Assembly: GCF_035084215.1 (NCBI RefSeq)
Contig: NC_090340.1
Span: 15,500,001-15,564,000, forward strand
Source: Heptranchias perlo
Lineage: Eukaryota
Direction of reading: 5' to 3'
DNA: 64,000 nucleotides
The position numbers were made by a program, and so were the translations under genes. Positions 1 to 12,988 of the stretch are shown piece after piece. The number at the start of each line of letters is the position of its first letter. The first letter of the stretch is position 1. The notes beneath the pieces were generated by a model. That model ran no database searches. It was given only the letters and a program-made list of their open reading frames with translations, and was not told the DNA's origin.

Positions 1-550
1 CTTATTTTTACCCAAATCACTACTCAACAGCCTTGACTTTTCTCTTTACACTTATAAATTTACCCTTACTTGAACCCTTCCCTTCTTTTATTAGTTTATA
101 GCCCTATCTACCGCCCTAGTTATTCAATTCGCCAGGACACTGGTCCCAGCCCAGTTTAAGTGCAGCCCATCTCAACAGAGCAGCTCCCTCTCTCCCCAGT
201 ACTGGGGGCAGGGCCCCATGAATTGAAACCCCTGCTTCCCACGCCATTCTTTCAGCCACGCATTTAACCATCTAATCTGTTTTTCCCCATGCCAATTTGC
301 ACGTGGCTCAGGTAGCAATCTAGAGATTATTACCTTTGAGGTTCTGCTTTTTAATTTAAACCCTAGCTCCTCAAACTCCCTCTGCAGAACCTCATTCCTA
401 GTTCTACCTATGTCGTTGGTTCCTACCTGGACTACGACAACTGGATCCTCCCCCTGCTGCTTCAAGTTCTTCTCCAGCCGCGAGGAGCTGTCCTTAACCC
501 TAGCACCGAGAAGGCAGTGCAGCCTTCGGGGCTCCCGGTCATGGCTGCAG
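1..550 (-). mobile_element. CR1 LINE fragment (ORF1 SGNH/GDSL-esterase region)
   Basis: ORF 172..564 contains 'CLLGARVKD...DPVVVVQVGTNDIG...KVIISRLLPEPRA...LNAWLKEW', the CR1 ORF1 esterase signature, also seen at 35453.. and 38053.. Confidence 0.85.
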
Positions 551-552
551 GA

Positions 553-2020
553 CTTCAGTTCCACACTCTAATCTTTGGCCATCCGATGAGGGGGGTAGGG
601 GGGTGCGGTCAAGTCGGAGAACCGCCTCTTGAGTCTGTTCCAAGGCCTCACGAAGGTGGCCATCCACAGGTCTAAGCTAGATGCGGCCCATGGGGGGGGG
701 TTCGCTCAAGCTGTCTGCCTGCCTCTCTTCCACGGCATTCTCCGTGCCCAGATGGCCCTGGAAAAGGAGCAGGCTGTGTCTGGCAGTATACTTGAGGCTT
801 TCCATGACCAATGGGCACTGCAGGGGCTGGAGTGCATCATCGACAAGGATATTAAAATCCTTATCTAATTGGTTCTGGTGATTGATCAGTCAGGATGACA
901 TGAGTTACAAGACCCAGTGTCATTGGTGGAGGGACACATTTGTGCCAAATCCCCCCCTCTTTTTTTAAGGTGATTTAAAAAGAGAAACCCCCTCCCCCCT
1001 ATTTTTAAGGGGCTTAAACAAACAAATGTTTTTAATTTAAAATGTTTTTAAAACCTAGAAGGAAACTGTTTCCCTCAACTAATCGAAGACACAATTTCAA
1101 ATACAAATATAGTACAGATTCCAGCAAAACACAGTATAATACGATGCGCAGTATAATACAATGGAGGATGATACAGAAGCACCACAGTTGTGGTAGAAAA
1201 AAAGGAAAAGAAACCTGGAAGGAATCTCCCTCAGGGCCTGCCCCACACAACTTGAGCCGTCTCTTGGAAATCCCCTCCATGCCATTCTACGCTGCCCACA
1301 ACTCTCTTCCGGACACACCTTGGCGTACCATCATGCCATCCGGTGGAGGCGAGGCTCCTCAATGGAGGGCTCTCTACATGGGAGTCCTCTCCTGCACCAC
1401 TGGTGATACGGGGTGGAGAGCGTTACACAGAGCAGTCCTCACAAATGGGCTGCTAAGCCGATTCCTGGACTCCCAGGCTGCTTGCAATTTCTGTGGACTG
1501 GATGAGTCCGTTCTCCATGATTACGTCGAGTGTGAGAGGTTGCAGCCCCGATTTCAATATTTAAAGGTGGCCATCCACAGGTCCAAGCTAGATGCAGCCT
1601 GTGGGGGAGTTCCCCCTGGCTGTCTGCCTCTCTTCCACGGCATTCTCCGCGACCGGGTGGCCCTGGAGAAGGAGCAGGCAGTGTCTGCTGGTACCCGTGA
1701 GGCTTTCCGTGACCAGTGGGCACCGCAGGGACTGGAGTACATCATCAACAAGGGATATTAAAATCCTTATCTAATTGGTTATGGTGATTGATGATTCAGG
1801 ATGACATGGGTTACAAGACCCAGTGTCATTTGTGGAGGGACACATTTGTGCCTAATCCCCAACCCCGCCCACACCCCCATTTTTAAAGGGGCTTAAACCA
1901 AAAAAAAACTAGAAGAAAACTATTTCCCTCAACTAATCTAATATACAATTTCAAATACAAATAAAACACAGATAAATACACAGTATAATACGCTGGAGGA
2001 TGGTACAAAAGCACCACACT
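553..2020 (+). mobile_element. Two tandem truncated 3' fragments of a Tx1/L1-clade non-LTR retrotransposon
   Basis: ORF 1042..1761 has a zf-RVT-like motif 'GDTGWRALHRAV...CNFCGLDESVLHDYVECERL'. The C-terminus 'KVAIHRSKLDAA...CLPLFHGILR..ALEKEQAVS' plus ~300 bp of following sequence occurs twice (~654-1190 and ~1565-2020). Confidence 0.7.
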
Positions 2021-2101
2021 CATGTAGTCAAGTGGACACAAATTCAAACTCTCCTCGGTCAAAACTCCCAGATAAGATAAAGATTTCCACACTTTGCCCA
2101 C

Positions 2102-2990
2102 TTCTCACTCCGCTGAAATCAGAGGGAATACATTTATGTAACCTGTCCTCATAATTTAACCCTTTTAGCCCCAGTATCATTCTGGTGAATCTGCGCTGCA
2201 CTCCCTCCGAGGCCAATATAGCCTTCCTGAGGTGCAGTGCCCAGAACTGAATGCAGTACTCCAGATGGGGGTCTAATCAGAGCTCTGTACAGCTGTAACA
2301 TAACATCCATCTCTTTGTATTCCAGCCTCCTTTGAGATAAAGGCCAACATTCCATTAGCCTTTTAAATTATTTTTAGTACCTGTCCACTAGCTTTTAGTG
2401 ATTTCTGTACTTGGACCCTTAAATCTCTCTGCTCATCCACAGTTCCTAGCTTCTCACATTTAGAAAATACAATGATCTATCTTTCTAAGGTCCAAAGTGG
2501 ATGACCTCACAGTTCCCCACACTGAACTCAATCTGTCACAATTGTGTTCACTCACTTAATCGATCAATGTCCCTTTGCAACTTTCTGCTCCCATCTACAC
2601 TATTTACTGTGTCACCTAACTTAGTGTCATCAACAAACTTAGATATACGGCTCTCTTTTGCTTTATCCAAGTTAATTATAAATATAGTGAAAAGCTGCGG
2701 CCCCAGTATAGATACCTGGGTGATACCACTAGTCACATCCTGACAATTTGAGTACATACCCATTATCCCTACTCTCTGTCTCCTACCTCCTAAACAATTC
2801 TCTATCCAAGCCAATAGTTTGCCTCAAATTCCATGCGCTCTCATTTTTGTTGACAGTCTCTTATGTGGAACCTTGTCGAATACCTTCTGGAAGTCCATAC
2901 AAATAACATCAATAGACACTCCCTTATCTACCACATTAGTTACCTGCTCAAAAAAATCAACTAGGTTCCTTAGACATGACTTACCCTTTA
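2102..2990 (-). mobile_element. CR1 LINE ORF2 reverse-transcriptase fragment (degenerate)
   Basis: Minus ORFs 'VTSGITQVSILGPQLFTIFIN...SKFVDDTKLG', 'MLQLYRALIRP', 'EGVQRRFTRMI'. Confidence 0.9.
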
Positions 2991-3246
2991 CAAATCCATG
3001 CTGGCTCTCTCTGATCAGCTCATATTACAAATCCATGCTGGCTATCTCTGATCAGCTCATATTACAAACCCATGCTGGCTCTCTCTGATCAGCTCATATT
3101 ACAAACCCATGCTGGCTCGCTCTGATCAGCTCACATTACAAACCCATGCTGGCTCTCTCTGATCAGCTCACATTACAAACCCATGCTGGCTCTCTCTGAT
3201 CAGCTCATATTACAAACCCATGCTGGCTCTCTCTGATCAGCTCATA
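2988..3246. repeat. 37-bp minisatellite, 7 copies, derived from CR1 RT sequence
   Basis: Unit ttacaaacccatgctggctctctctgatcagctcata starts at 2988, 3025, 3062, 3099, 3136, 3173, 3210; the first unit is continuous with the CR1 fragment. Confidence 0.95.
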
Positions 3247-3939
3247 AAAGATTGCAAAACTTTGGGTGTAAGTGAGTTACCTGCGTAACTACAGTACACG
3301 CAACTCTCTTGGATCATTTACGATCGTCTATCGATCCGTCCACCCGAATGCCTCTCTGCCCATGTCCCCAAGTAACAGAACCTCATATACAAGTTTCCTG
3401 CAATTATATTTGCTTAGAGTCTTTCGTTAAATTGTGACCAGATTTTGAGGCACAGTAGGAAATAGCCATTTTCCTAGTGTTTTATGGCAATTTTTTGAGC
3501 TTTTTTTTATGTATCCACTGTATTTTCCATTTCTTTTAATGCATTTTTATGGCATAAGTATAAGTCACATCAAAAATTGAAAAGCTTCCCCCGATTGCCC
3601 GTTATGAAACATGCTGTACCTAACGTGCAAGACTGATGGTTGAATGAGTTGAAACTAGAATTTTGATACTTAAAGAAGGAAAATATGGTGTGAGTTTGGT
3701 GCTTTGCTTGGGCCTCTATTGTTTACACTAATTTATGCCGATCTTTATATTTGGGCTTATTCCAATGAGATTGGCAGGAAATTTGAGTATGACTTGACGT
3801 CAATGGGATGGGCATGGAAATGGGCGCTTTTCCAGGTCTAACTTCCAGGTTGTGCCCACAGACGAAATTCCAGGCCTCTGAATCTTCCCAATTTCAAGGT
3901 TTCAATGTAGGGGCAGGATGGGTGTAATAGATGAGAGTC

Positions 3940-4500
3940 AGGCTCACCTGGAGTACTGTGTGCAGTTTTGGTCTCCTTATCTAAGGAAGGATATACTTAC
4001 CTTAGAGGTGGAGCAATGAAGGTTCACTAGATTGATTCCTGGGATGAGATGGTTGTCCTATGAAGAGAGGTTCAGTAGAATGGGCCTATACTTCCTGGAG
4101 TTTAGAAAAATGAGAGGTGATCACATTGAAACATATAAGATTGTGAGGGGGCTTGACAGGGTAGAGGCTGAGAGGTTGTTTCCCCTGGCTGGAGAGTCTA
4201 GAACTAGGGGGGCATAGTCTCAGGATAAGGGGCAGCCATTTAAGACTGAGATGAGGAGGAATTTCTTCACGCAGAGGGTGGTGAATCTTTGGAATTTTCT
4301 ACACCAGAGGGCTGTGGATGCTGAGTCATTGAGTATATTCAAGGCTGAGATAGACAGGTTTCTGGACTCTAAGGGAATCAAGGGATATGTGGATCAGGCA
4401 GGAAAATGGAGTTGAGTTCGAAGATCAGCCATAATCTTATTGAATGGCGGAGCAGGCTCGAGGGGCTGTATGGCCATTCCTACACCTATTTCTTATGAGG
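3940..4500 (+). mobile_element. CR1 LINE 3' end
   Basis: 'IPGMRWLSYEERFSRMGLYFLEFRKMRGDHIETYKI...RTRG' followed by a typical CR1 3' UTR ending in 'cctatttcttatg'. Confidence 0.9.
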
Positions 4501-5159
4501 CTGATTTGAGACTTGGGATTTTTGTGTCAGGGTGTTTTTATGTGATTGCTTCTTTTTTGAGTTGGGAGTCTGGCAAAAAACTAGGAGGTGGTCCTGATTT
4601 TTATGTATGGGGTCTTGCAATTTTTGTGTATGGTGGGGGGTGGAATTGTCTGTGTGAGTTTTCTGTATTTTATTCACATTTGACACAAGGATTCAGCTCC
4701 CCAGCTTCAAAAAGTTGGACATCCCTGCTTTAAGTTGACTCAACTGTATTGTTGCATGAATATTAAGGCATGGTAACATTAGTAAAGACCATTACATATG
4801 CTATGCGTTTCCACTATATTGCAAAAGAGTGACCTAAATACTTGACCATCTGCTCAAAGTTAGGTAGCCATAATCATTTCCTGTCTTACCCAAAGATAAT
4901 TATCTCCAAACTATAGTTCTGAACATTGAGAAGCCCCTGGGGTATAGAACAAACCACATATATTGAAATAGAAACAGCAGCTGCTTCCTTTTTTTGGTAT
5001 ATTTCAGTTTGTTTAAACAGTAAAGAGTAGTAGATCGTAACATTTAACCCTTTCATTACTGGAAAAACAGTTAAAGTGAAACGGTTTATTGTGTTGACCA
5101 CTAATGGGAAATTATGCTTTAACATAAAACATTGTGATGGGAAGGAGCTGCTGTGCATT

Positions 5160-5455
5160 TTTTATTATTCATTCTCGGGACGTAGGTGTCGCTGGCAAGA
5201 TCGGCATTTATTGCACTTCCCTAATTACCCTGAGAAGGTGGTGATGGGTCTTCTTCTTGAACTGCTGAAATTCTTTGTAGCAGTTTGATACAACTGAGTA
5301 GCCTGCTAGGCCACTTCAGGGAGCAGTTAAGAGTCAGCCACGTTGGTGCAGGACTGGAGTCTTATATAGGCCAGACTAGATAAGTACATTAGTGAGCCAG
5401 TTGGGTTTTTACAACAATCCGACAGCTTCATGATCATTTTTACTGATACCAGCTT
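5160..5455 (-). mobile_element. 3' fragment of a second CR1/L2-superfamily LINE family
   Basis: Shares 'cctaattgcccttgagaaggtggtg...cttcttgaac.gctg' with copies at 45671-46038, 54240-54495 and 60186-60760. Confidence 0.6.
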
Positions 5456-5543
5456 AGATTTGATTCATTCACTTCTCCCAAGGCTCAGTTGGTAAATGTC
5501 CATTAAAACTGAGCCACATGGAACAAAAAGGTCCCAAGTTTAA

Positions 5544-6505
5544 GGGCACAATTTTCAAACGGAGCCAGGAAGGGGGCAAGGTGGGTCAATTTGAGCTCGG
5601 AAAACCCATTAGTACGGGTTTCCCAGATGTGCTTACGACTTTGACGTAAGGACATTTTTTTTTTGTCGGTTTCCTTCCGACAAAAAATTCCTTCCTGATT
5701 GACAGGCTGGTCTCAGTCGGACCGGGAGACCAGCCAGGGAGAGGACGTCTGAAGGTAAATCTTTGTTTGCATGGATCCGGGGGGTGGGGGTGCATGGATG
5801 GGCACGGGGAGGCATAGGTCAGCAAGGGGCATAGGTGGGCACGGGGGTCTCGAGTCATGGGGGATAGGATCAGGGGTCATCACGGTGGTCCGAGGATCGG
5901 GGTCGGGGTGGGAGGGTCGGAGGATCGGAGTTGGGGTATTGGGGTCGGATGATCGGGGTCGGGAACGGATGATCGGGGTCGGATGATCAGGGTCAGGGGA
6001 TCGGGTCCGCTGATGGGAGTCGGGGGATTGGGGTCGGGGTTGGAGGGAGAGGATCAGGGTCGGAGAGGGAGGATCGGGGTGGCTCCATGATCGGGGCGGA
6101 GGGGCGGGAATCAGTGCAGGTAGGCTTGTTGGGCCTGGGGAAAGCACTCCTGCTCCTCTGGGCCCACAAGCTGTGCCTTTCTAGACACCTACCTGCAGTC
6201 TTGGGCCTTCTCGCCTCCTTTCATGAGGCGTAAAACAGATGGCCCGGGAATCCCGGCCCCCCGGGGTTGAAATCGAGAATTAGTTAAAAATGGAGGCCTG
6301 AAGCCTCCTTGACAGCTTTTAAGGCCCGACCCACCTCCTGGGAACTGGTTGGCTGCCTGCCCCTTGTCCCCCCCCACCCCTCCCCTTGAAAACCAGAAAT
6401 GGGTGGGTTGGAGGCGGGTTGTGGGGGGGGTGGTCTGAAATGGTGGCAATTTTCAATGCCCCCCTGTCCCCAACCCACCCATTTTTTACTTTGAAAATTG
6501 AGCCC
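5544..6505. mobile_element. Non-autonomous PIF/Harbinger-type DNA transposon (962 bp) with internal (GGATCG/GGGTCG)n low-complexity tract
   Basis: TIRs gggcacaattttcaaa (5544) / tttgaaaattgagccc (ends 6505), one mismatch; TAA on both sides (5541-5543, 6506-6508) is the TWA TSD typical of Harbinger. Confidence 0.8.
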
Positions 6506-6535
6506 TAAGTCTTTGAGTTAGCTTATCTCAACCAG

Positions 6536-6778
6536 TTGTAAACAATTTTACAACACCAAGTTATAGTCCAACGATTTTATTTTTAATCCCACAAGCTTTC
6601 GGGGGCTTTCCCCTTCCTCAGGCACTGCCTGAGGAAGGGGAAAGCCCCACACTGCCTGAGGAAGGGGAAAGCCCCCGAAAGCTTGTGGGATTAAAAATAA
6701 AATCGTTGGACTATAACTTGGTGTTGTAAAATTGTTTACAATTGTTAACCCCAGTCCATCACCGGCATCTCCACATCA
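6536..6778. mobile_element. Penelope-like-element-derived fold-back element with hammerhead-like motifs
   Basis: ~85-bp inverted arms spanning 6536-6741; CTGAGGA-A-GGGG-AAAGC-CCCC-GAAA-GCTT core on both strands; 12-bp TSD tatctcaaccag (6524-6535, 6779-6790). Confidence 0.75.
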
Positions 6779-8268
6779 TATCTCAACCAGAGTAGAAGTA
6801 CTGGAATTGACCTCAGTGTCCTTGAACTAGACTTGGGTGTCACACTATCATTCTACCAACTTCAGACAATTACACAAGAAACAGATGAACAAGTTAAGTT
6901 CTAATACAAGACACATTTCAAAATATTAATCATAACGAGAAATCATGCATTCTGCAAAAAAAACCTCTCAGATGAGAACAGGATTAGAATGGTTGTTCTT
7001 TCCACAATTCAATAGTTTGTTGAGATTCACCATCTATATTGAATCTTAAAGAATGACCACCTATTAAAGTGGAAGATGGTCGGTGCCTGTGGAAACTTAC
7101 CCCTGCATATGTCAGCTCCTTCAGGAGAGAAGGAGACAAAATTGAATGGGAAACGGTCACTGTGTTTAGTCCCTAGAAACTACTATGAAAAGTTAACATC
7201 TGTATGATGTTACATGAATGCAGTTGTTCATAGTGCTGAAAGGGACATGGGATCTATCCTTATATAAAGTACTTTTCTATTGTAAATCTGTTCATGTGAA
7301 CTTGTTACTTGAACAATTGACTTATTTTAAATGCAGCTATGTCTGGTGTTTCTGGAAGAATTGCCTTTTGTCTTGATGTGAGGGCCTGGGTGTAACAAAT
7401 CCACACCTGTTGGCTAGACATCCAAGATTCAAAGAGGACAGCCCACCTTTGTTCACATTATTTACCTACAGACAGCCTCCATCACATCAAAATTGGTTGA
7501 CTATCACCTCAGATAATCTGTTCAAGTTTGCCACAGTGAGAAGGAGAAAGAAGTGTCATCTGTAATGGCTGACCATCAGTGGGAAGGTGGTTGCTGTTTG
7601 CACAGTAACACCTGTGAAACACCTGTGTTTTGCTTTGCCAGCGTTGCAGTTATTCTTCAAAGGACCTGCCTGTATTTCAAAGGAACTGAGGGTTTTACTT
7701 AGGCAGAGCAGTCCTAGGCTCAAGTTCACTCAGTTCAATTATATTTCCACATCATAGCAGTGAGTTCCAACTCTGTGAGGACAAAGGCATATTCCACATA
7801 GAATATTAAAGGTTCAATTTAAGGACTCAAGAATTGAAAACTCTTGTTATTTTTGCTTCAGAAAATGGTCTTAAGTTTGGGTGAAGGTTCAGTACTGTAT
7901 TGCACTTTATCTGATGGTTTATTTTGCTTCTGTATAAACTTGCATCTCAATACAGAAACAATTCCCATTTAGCCTGAAATATATGATCTGAGGCTATGGT
8001 GTTTTTCAGCTCATCAGACAGCTCAAGAGTATACAGTGGGTACCCTATGCTACTTCTAGTGTATATTCCTGTGATTCAAGGTAGATTGTTAACCTTGAAG
8101 CATACAATCCCATTCACTTTACACACAAAATTAACCCAGATTAAAACAATGACCAAAGTAATGTTGTACACCCTTCTAGGTTAGAAATCTGCTTTATTTA
8201 AATTTAGGCCTCTTAGTCTATGGTTCTGAGTGGCAGGAAGCTGCAACTTCAACTGACCTATAATTGTT

Positions 8269-8340
8269 CAGTTGCACAATCTCTCGTGCTATCGACCTCA
8301 GTTGCACAATCTCTCATGCTATCGACCTCAGTTGCACAAT
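8269..8340. repeat. 30-bp tandem repeat (~2.4 copies) inside a diverged local duplication (~8175-8440 vs ~8770-8970)
   Basis: cagttgcacaatctctc(g/a)tgctatcgacct is repeated; flanks 'ttctagg.ttagaa.tctgcttt' and 'caacacaa.a.atgttt.cagcta' recur ~600 bp later. Confidence 0.7.
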
Positions 8341-10059
8341 GTTCTCAAATTCATAAAAGGACCCAGGAAATAATTAGTTTAGCTGCAACACAAGATATGT
8401 TTCAAGCTATCCAGCACAGCAATAAATTATTCATTCTGCCAATAGGATTGGGTGAGAACAGGATCAGAATTGGCCATGATGCCACCCCCAATGCTTTTTG
8501 ATATTCACCGTCTACATTTGGTCATGAAAAATGAACTTAGGTAAGGTAATGGCAAGTAGCCAGGGCCTGTGGAATCTTAAACCCACACATCAGCTTCTCC
8601 CACACAGGAGAGAAAAAACTTCCAATGACTCTTAACTTTTTATATGCTAAAGAAACACAACGCATTTGTATGTCTGCTATGAGAAAGAAGTTGTTAGCCC
8701 ACTTAATGTAAACGGTTTAGTGTGCCTGTTAATAAAGCAATTAATGTCGTAGAATAATATCACACAATAATTTCTAGGCTTAGAATCTGCTTTGTAAAAT
8801 TTATCCATCTGAGCTAAGATTCTGGCACCTTGATCTCCTGACCTCTAATTGTTCATGGTTTACTGGCTCTCGTAAGACCAACTTCAGCCAACTGCCCAGG
8901 AACCAGATACACAGTTTAGTTCCAACACAAAACATGTTTTCAGCTACACACCACATCATTAAATTTATGATTTACACCGCTGAAAAAGTTTCAGTGTAGA
9001 CTTAGTTACCTGAGATTGGCTGTACTTTAATTTAATCAACATAGAGTTGGGCAAAAACAAAAAAAACATAATTGAGAAAGATTTAAACTAGGTATGGGGC
9101 TGAGAATAGTAAATGGTAAAATGGAGCAAGGCCAAAATCTGCAGTAGCTGACAGGCAGGTGAAGTGCATTAGAGTGAAAAGAAGCCAGGAGAAACGCAAC
9201 GACTGCCGCTCGAAACAGGGGCAAAGTTGGTGGAGCGACCGCCCCTCCCACCCAAAACTGCCGTCAAGAGACCAAAAGCTTTTTTTTGGCTCAGGTCTCA
9301 TTTAAATGTCACTGGACCATTGTGAACCCCAAACAGGCGCCTCGCTGCAGGTCGCCAGTTGTGGGGAAATCGTCCGGCTCCCATGCTGAGCCGGCCAGCA
9401 CATCGGGCCTGGAAAGAGGTGGAGCCCATCCCAGGGGCGGTGGGGGGCGGGGGGGGGGGGTGGTGGTGATGGTGGCCTCGCACAGCCAGCAGTGGGCTGG
9501 AGTTTTTTGTGAGAACAGGAGGTGCACTCATGCTCCTCCCACAAAAATAAAAATTAGAAATTTCTTCAGCTGTTTTTTTCAGCAGGCTCCAGCGGACCCT
9601 TGAAGGCAGCTTAACGTGTGGCACAAATCTGCGGAGTGCACACGATGCCACTTCACCCAAAAATTATGATTGGGGTCCTGAGATCAGCGCAGGATCCCAA
9701 TTTACATATTTAAACAGCCTCCGGCCAAAAACAGGCTGGTGGGCTGCTCACCCATTTATAGGCCCGCCTGAAAATCGTATCAGATGGCCCTTACGTGACA
9801 ATGGGGCTACCAAGGTGCTTCCCCCAATTTTCAGGGGAGAAATAGGCAGCTGGCAGTCGAAAATCACCCCCAATATTTATACATGGACAAAGTACAAGCA
9901 CTTTTACATTAACACAAGCAGCATTGGGAATAATGCTGGAACTCGGAGCTTGTGCAAGTAATAAATGAGTAGATGTTACTAATTAGGAAGGTCGTTGAGT
10001 GAAAATCTATGGTCTTGTTTTGTAACAATGTATATAACCAAGTTATAAATCAAATAGTA

Positions 10060-11225
10060 TGAACTTTCAAAGGGCATTTAATAAAGTACCAGATAATAGG
10101 CTTGTTAGCAAAATTGAAGAATTAAAGGGACAGTGGCAGCGTGGATACGAAATTGGCTAAGGGACAGAAAGCAGAGAGTAGTGGTGAACTGTTATTTTTC
10201 AGACTGGAGGGAAGTATACAGTGGTGTCCCCCTGGGATCAGTATTAGGACCACTGCTCTTTTTGATATACATTAATGACATGGACTTGGGTATACAGGAC
10301 ATAATTTCTAAGTTTGCAGATGACACAAAACTCGGAAATGTAGTAAACAATGAGGAGGATAGTAACAGACTTCAGGAGGACATAGACAGATTGGTGAAAT
10401 GGGCAGACACATGGCAGATCAAATTTAACACAGGGAAGTGTGAAGTGCTACATTTTGGTAGGAAGAATGAGGAGAGGCAATGTAAACTAAATGGTACAAT
10501 ATTAAAGGGGGTGCAGCAACAGAGAAACCTGGGGATGCACATACACAAATCTTTGAAGGTGGCAGGACAAGTTGAGAAGGCTGCTAAAAAAGCATATGGC
10601 ATCCTTGGCTTTATAAATAGAGGTGTTGAATACAAAAGCAAGGAAGTTATGCTAAATCTTTATAAGACACTGGTTATGCTGCAGCTGGAGGATTGTGTTC
10701 AATTCTGGGCACCACACTTTAGGAAGGATGTCAAGGCCTTAGAGAGGGTGCAGAAGAGATTGATTAGAATGGTACCAGGGATGAGGGACTTCAGTCACGT
10801 GGAGAGACTGGAGAAGCTGGAGTTGTTCTCCTTAGAACAGAGAACGTGAAGAGGCGATTTGATAGAGGTGTTCAAAATCATGAATGGTTTTGATAGAGTA
10901 AATAAGGAGAAACTGTTTCCAGTGGCAGAAGGGTCGGTAACCAGAAGACACAGATTTAAGGTAATTGGCATAAGAACCAGAGGCGACATTTACGCAGTGA
11001 GTTTTTATGATCTGGAATGCACTGCCTGAAAGGATGGTGGAGGCAAATTCAATAACAACTTTCAAAAGGGAATTGGATAAATATTTGAAGGGGAAAAATT
11101 TGCAGGGCTATGGGGAAAAGGCAGGGGAATGGGATTAATTAAATAGCTCTTCCAAAGAGTTGGCACAGGCACAATGGGCCAAATGGCATCCTTCCGTGCT
11201 GTATCATTCTATGTTTCTATGATTA
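10060..11225 (+). mobile_element. CR1 LINE, 5'-truncated (RT domain to 3' UTR)
   Basis: ORF 10133..10849 'SGVPLGSVLGPLLFLIYIND...SKFADDTKLG...QFWAPHFRKD'; tail 'attctatgtttctatgatt'. Confidence 0.95.
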
Positions 11226-12019
11226 TATTCAATTGCTGGTTTGTGCTGAGTTAGGTAACATCACCTGCAATTTATCAGAGCATTTCCAGGCTCCAGAGTG
11301 GTTATAAAAAAAAGCCAGGTTTTCTCTGCCAATCGCTATAGACTGATCCTGTGTCAGATAGTGCATGTCTATTTACATCAGCTGTGATGCCACTCACGGT
11401 GCAACAGGCTCAGTGATGAAAATTCCACCTCTCAGGCAAGGTAGCAGAGATGCCTGGTATCCAGCACTTGCAGATCTGTACTGCAGCATGAGATAGAACA
11501 GAAAAATAATGGATGAAAAATAATGCTTAAAGTAGATTTTCACCAAGTATGTTTTAAAAATAAAAACTTATTTTCTTTTTGCATAAATCATAGGTTGATA
11601 AATTATTCATTGACTTCCAGAGTCTGGTCAATATCCCAAAATAAGCAGCAAAAGCCTTTAAGGGACAAACGAGAAGCTGATGCAATGTTTTGTACTGTAC
11701 TGCATCATTTACTCATTTATTAAAACAAAAAGGTGTTAGTTATATTTTTATTATGTTAAACTCAATTACCACAGCAATATTAGACAAAAGTAAACACTCG
11801 GAATACAGTCCATTGTAGCAAATGGCTATCGGTGCTGGATAACAGTATAAATAGCTGGCTTACTGGAATACTGAAATATTACTCAAAATGTGCTCCCTCA
11901 CAACCGTGATCACTTTTAAATTAGTATCGATTTATAGCTTGATTTAACATAACAATGAAAGCACTTGTATAATGTAGATTTAGAAAGCGATCAAATGTGT
12001 AATTTTGGTGAAGTATAGA

Positions 12020-12615
12020 CAGAAATTGATAGATGAAATTGGATATAATTGGAGTTCTGCACACTAGATATAAATGGTACTAGAATTCTGCACAGTGGAT
12101 TTGAATGGGTACTAGAATTCTGTACACATGGTGAGAATGGGCAGTGGAATTCAATCCACTGAGTGTAAAAAGGAAATTGAAATTCTACAGAGTGGATGTG
12201 ACTGGAGCACTGAAATTTTATGCAATGTATCTGAATAAGCAGTTAAATTCTGCTCTCCGTATGTGAAGGAGGCAGTATAATTCTATATACTGGATGGAAA
12301 TGGACACTAACATTCCATATAGTGGGGGTAATTGACTTCAATGGAAATAAGAACTGAGAGAGATGTAAAACAGGCTGTCGATTCGCTATCACCCATTTTA
12401 CACTATCACACAAAGTCAAAATTACCCCAGTGGATGCGAAAAAGGACCTGAATTCCATACAAAGGGTATGAATGGAGAATGAGATTTTTTTATACTGGGT
12501 GTCAATGGGGCACTGAATTTCTGTCACTGGATGTGAAGAGGCAATATATTCTCTAAAGTGGAAGTGAATGGGCAAGGAAATTCCATACAGTGGGTGTGGC
12601 TGGGGCACTGGAATT
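12020..12615. repeat. Degenerate ~30-40-bp minisatellite interrupted by a small palindromic MITE (~12325-12429)
   Basis: Recurring 'gaattct.cacagtggat.tgaatggg.act' units; insert bounded by ggggtaatt...aattacccc. Confidence 0.6.
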
Positions 12616-12988
12616 GGGTTAGGTTGTGTTGATCACACCTTCCTTTGTGGGGGATTCCTTCAAAAATTGATGCACACCTAGTCATCCAATACAAATATGA
12701 ACACCTTTCTGAAGACCCCTGCCCTAACTACCAAAAGATGGTGTCAGCAATCAAAGAAACGAGTATTATCAATTCAGAAATATTAGTACATAGAACAGAA
12801 ATTATGTTTTAGTAAGTGATCAAATACAGAAAAATGCAGCAATCTGATGATCTTGCAAACTTCCTGGGTTTCTCTTATTGACCCCCCTATGGTTTATCTG
12901 GAGTATGCTGCACATATAATTGAAGGCATTCTTTAGAGAGAAACTATGATGATTATAAAATGTTTTTCTGATTTGTTCCACCACGCGA

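Noticed and set aside
2988-3246. CRISPR-like array
   Set aside because: Head-to-tail units with no unique spacers, CR1-derived, eukaryotic context.
5713-6147. 144-aa Pro-rich ORF
   Set aside because: Translation of a simple G-rich repeat inside a DNA transposon.
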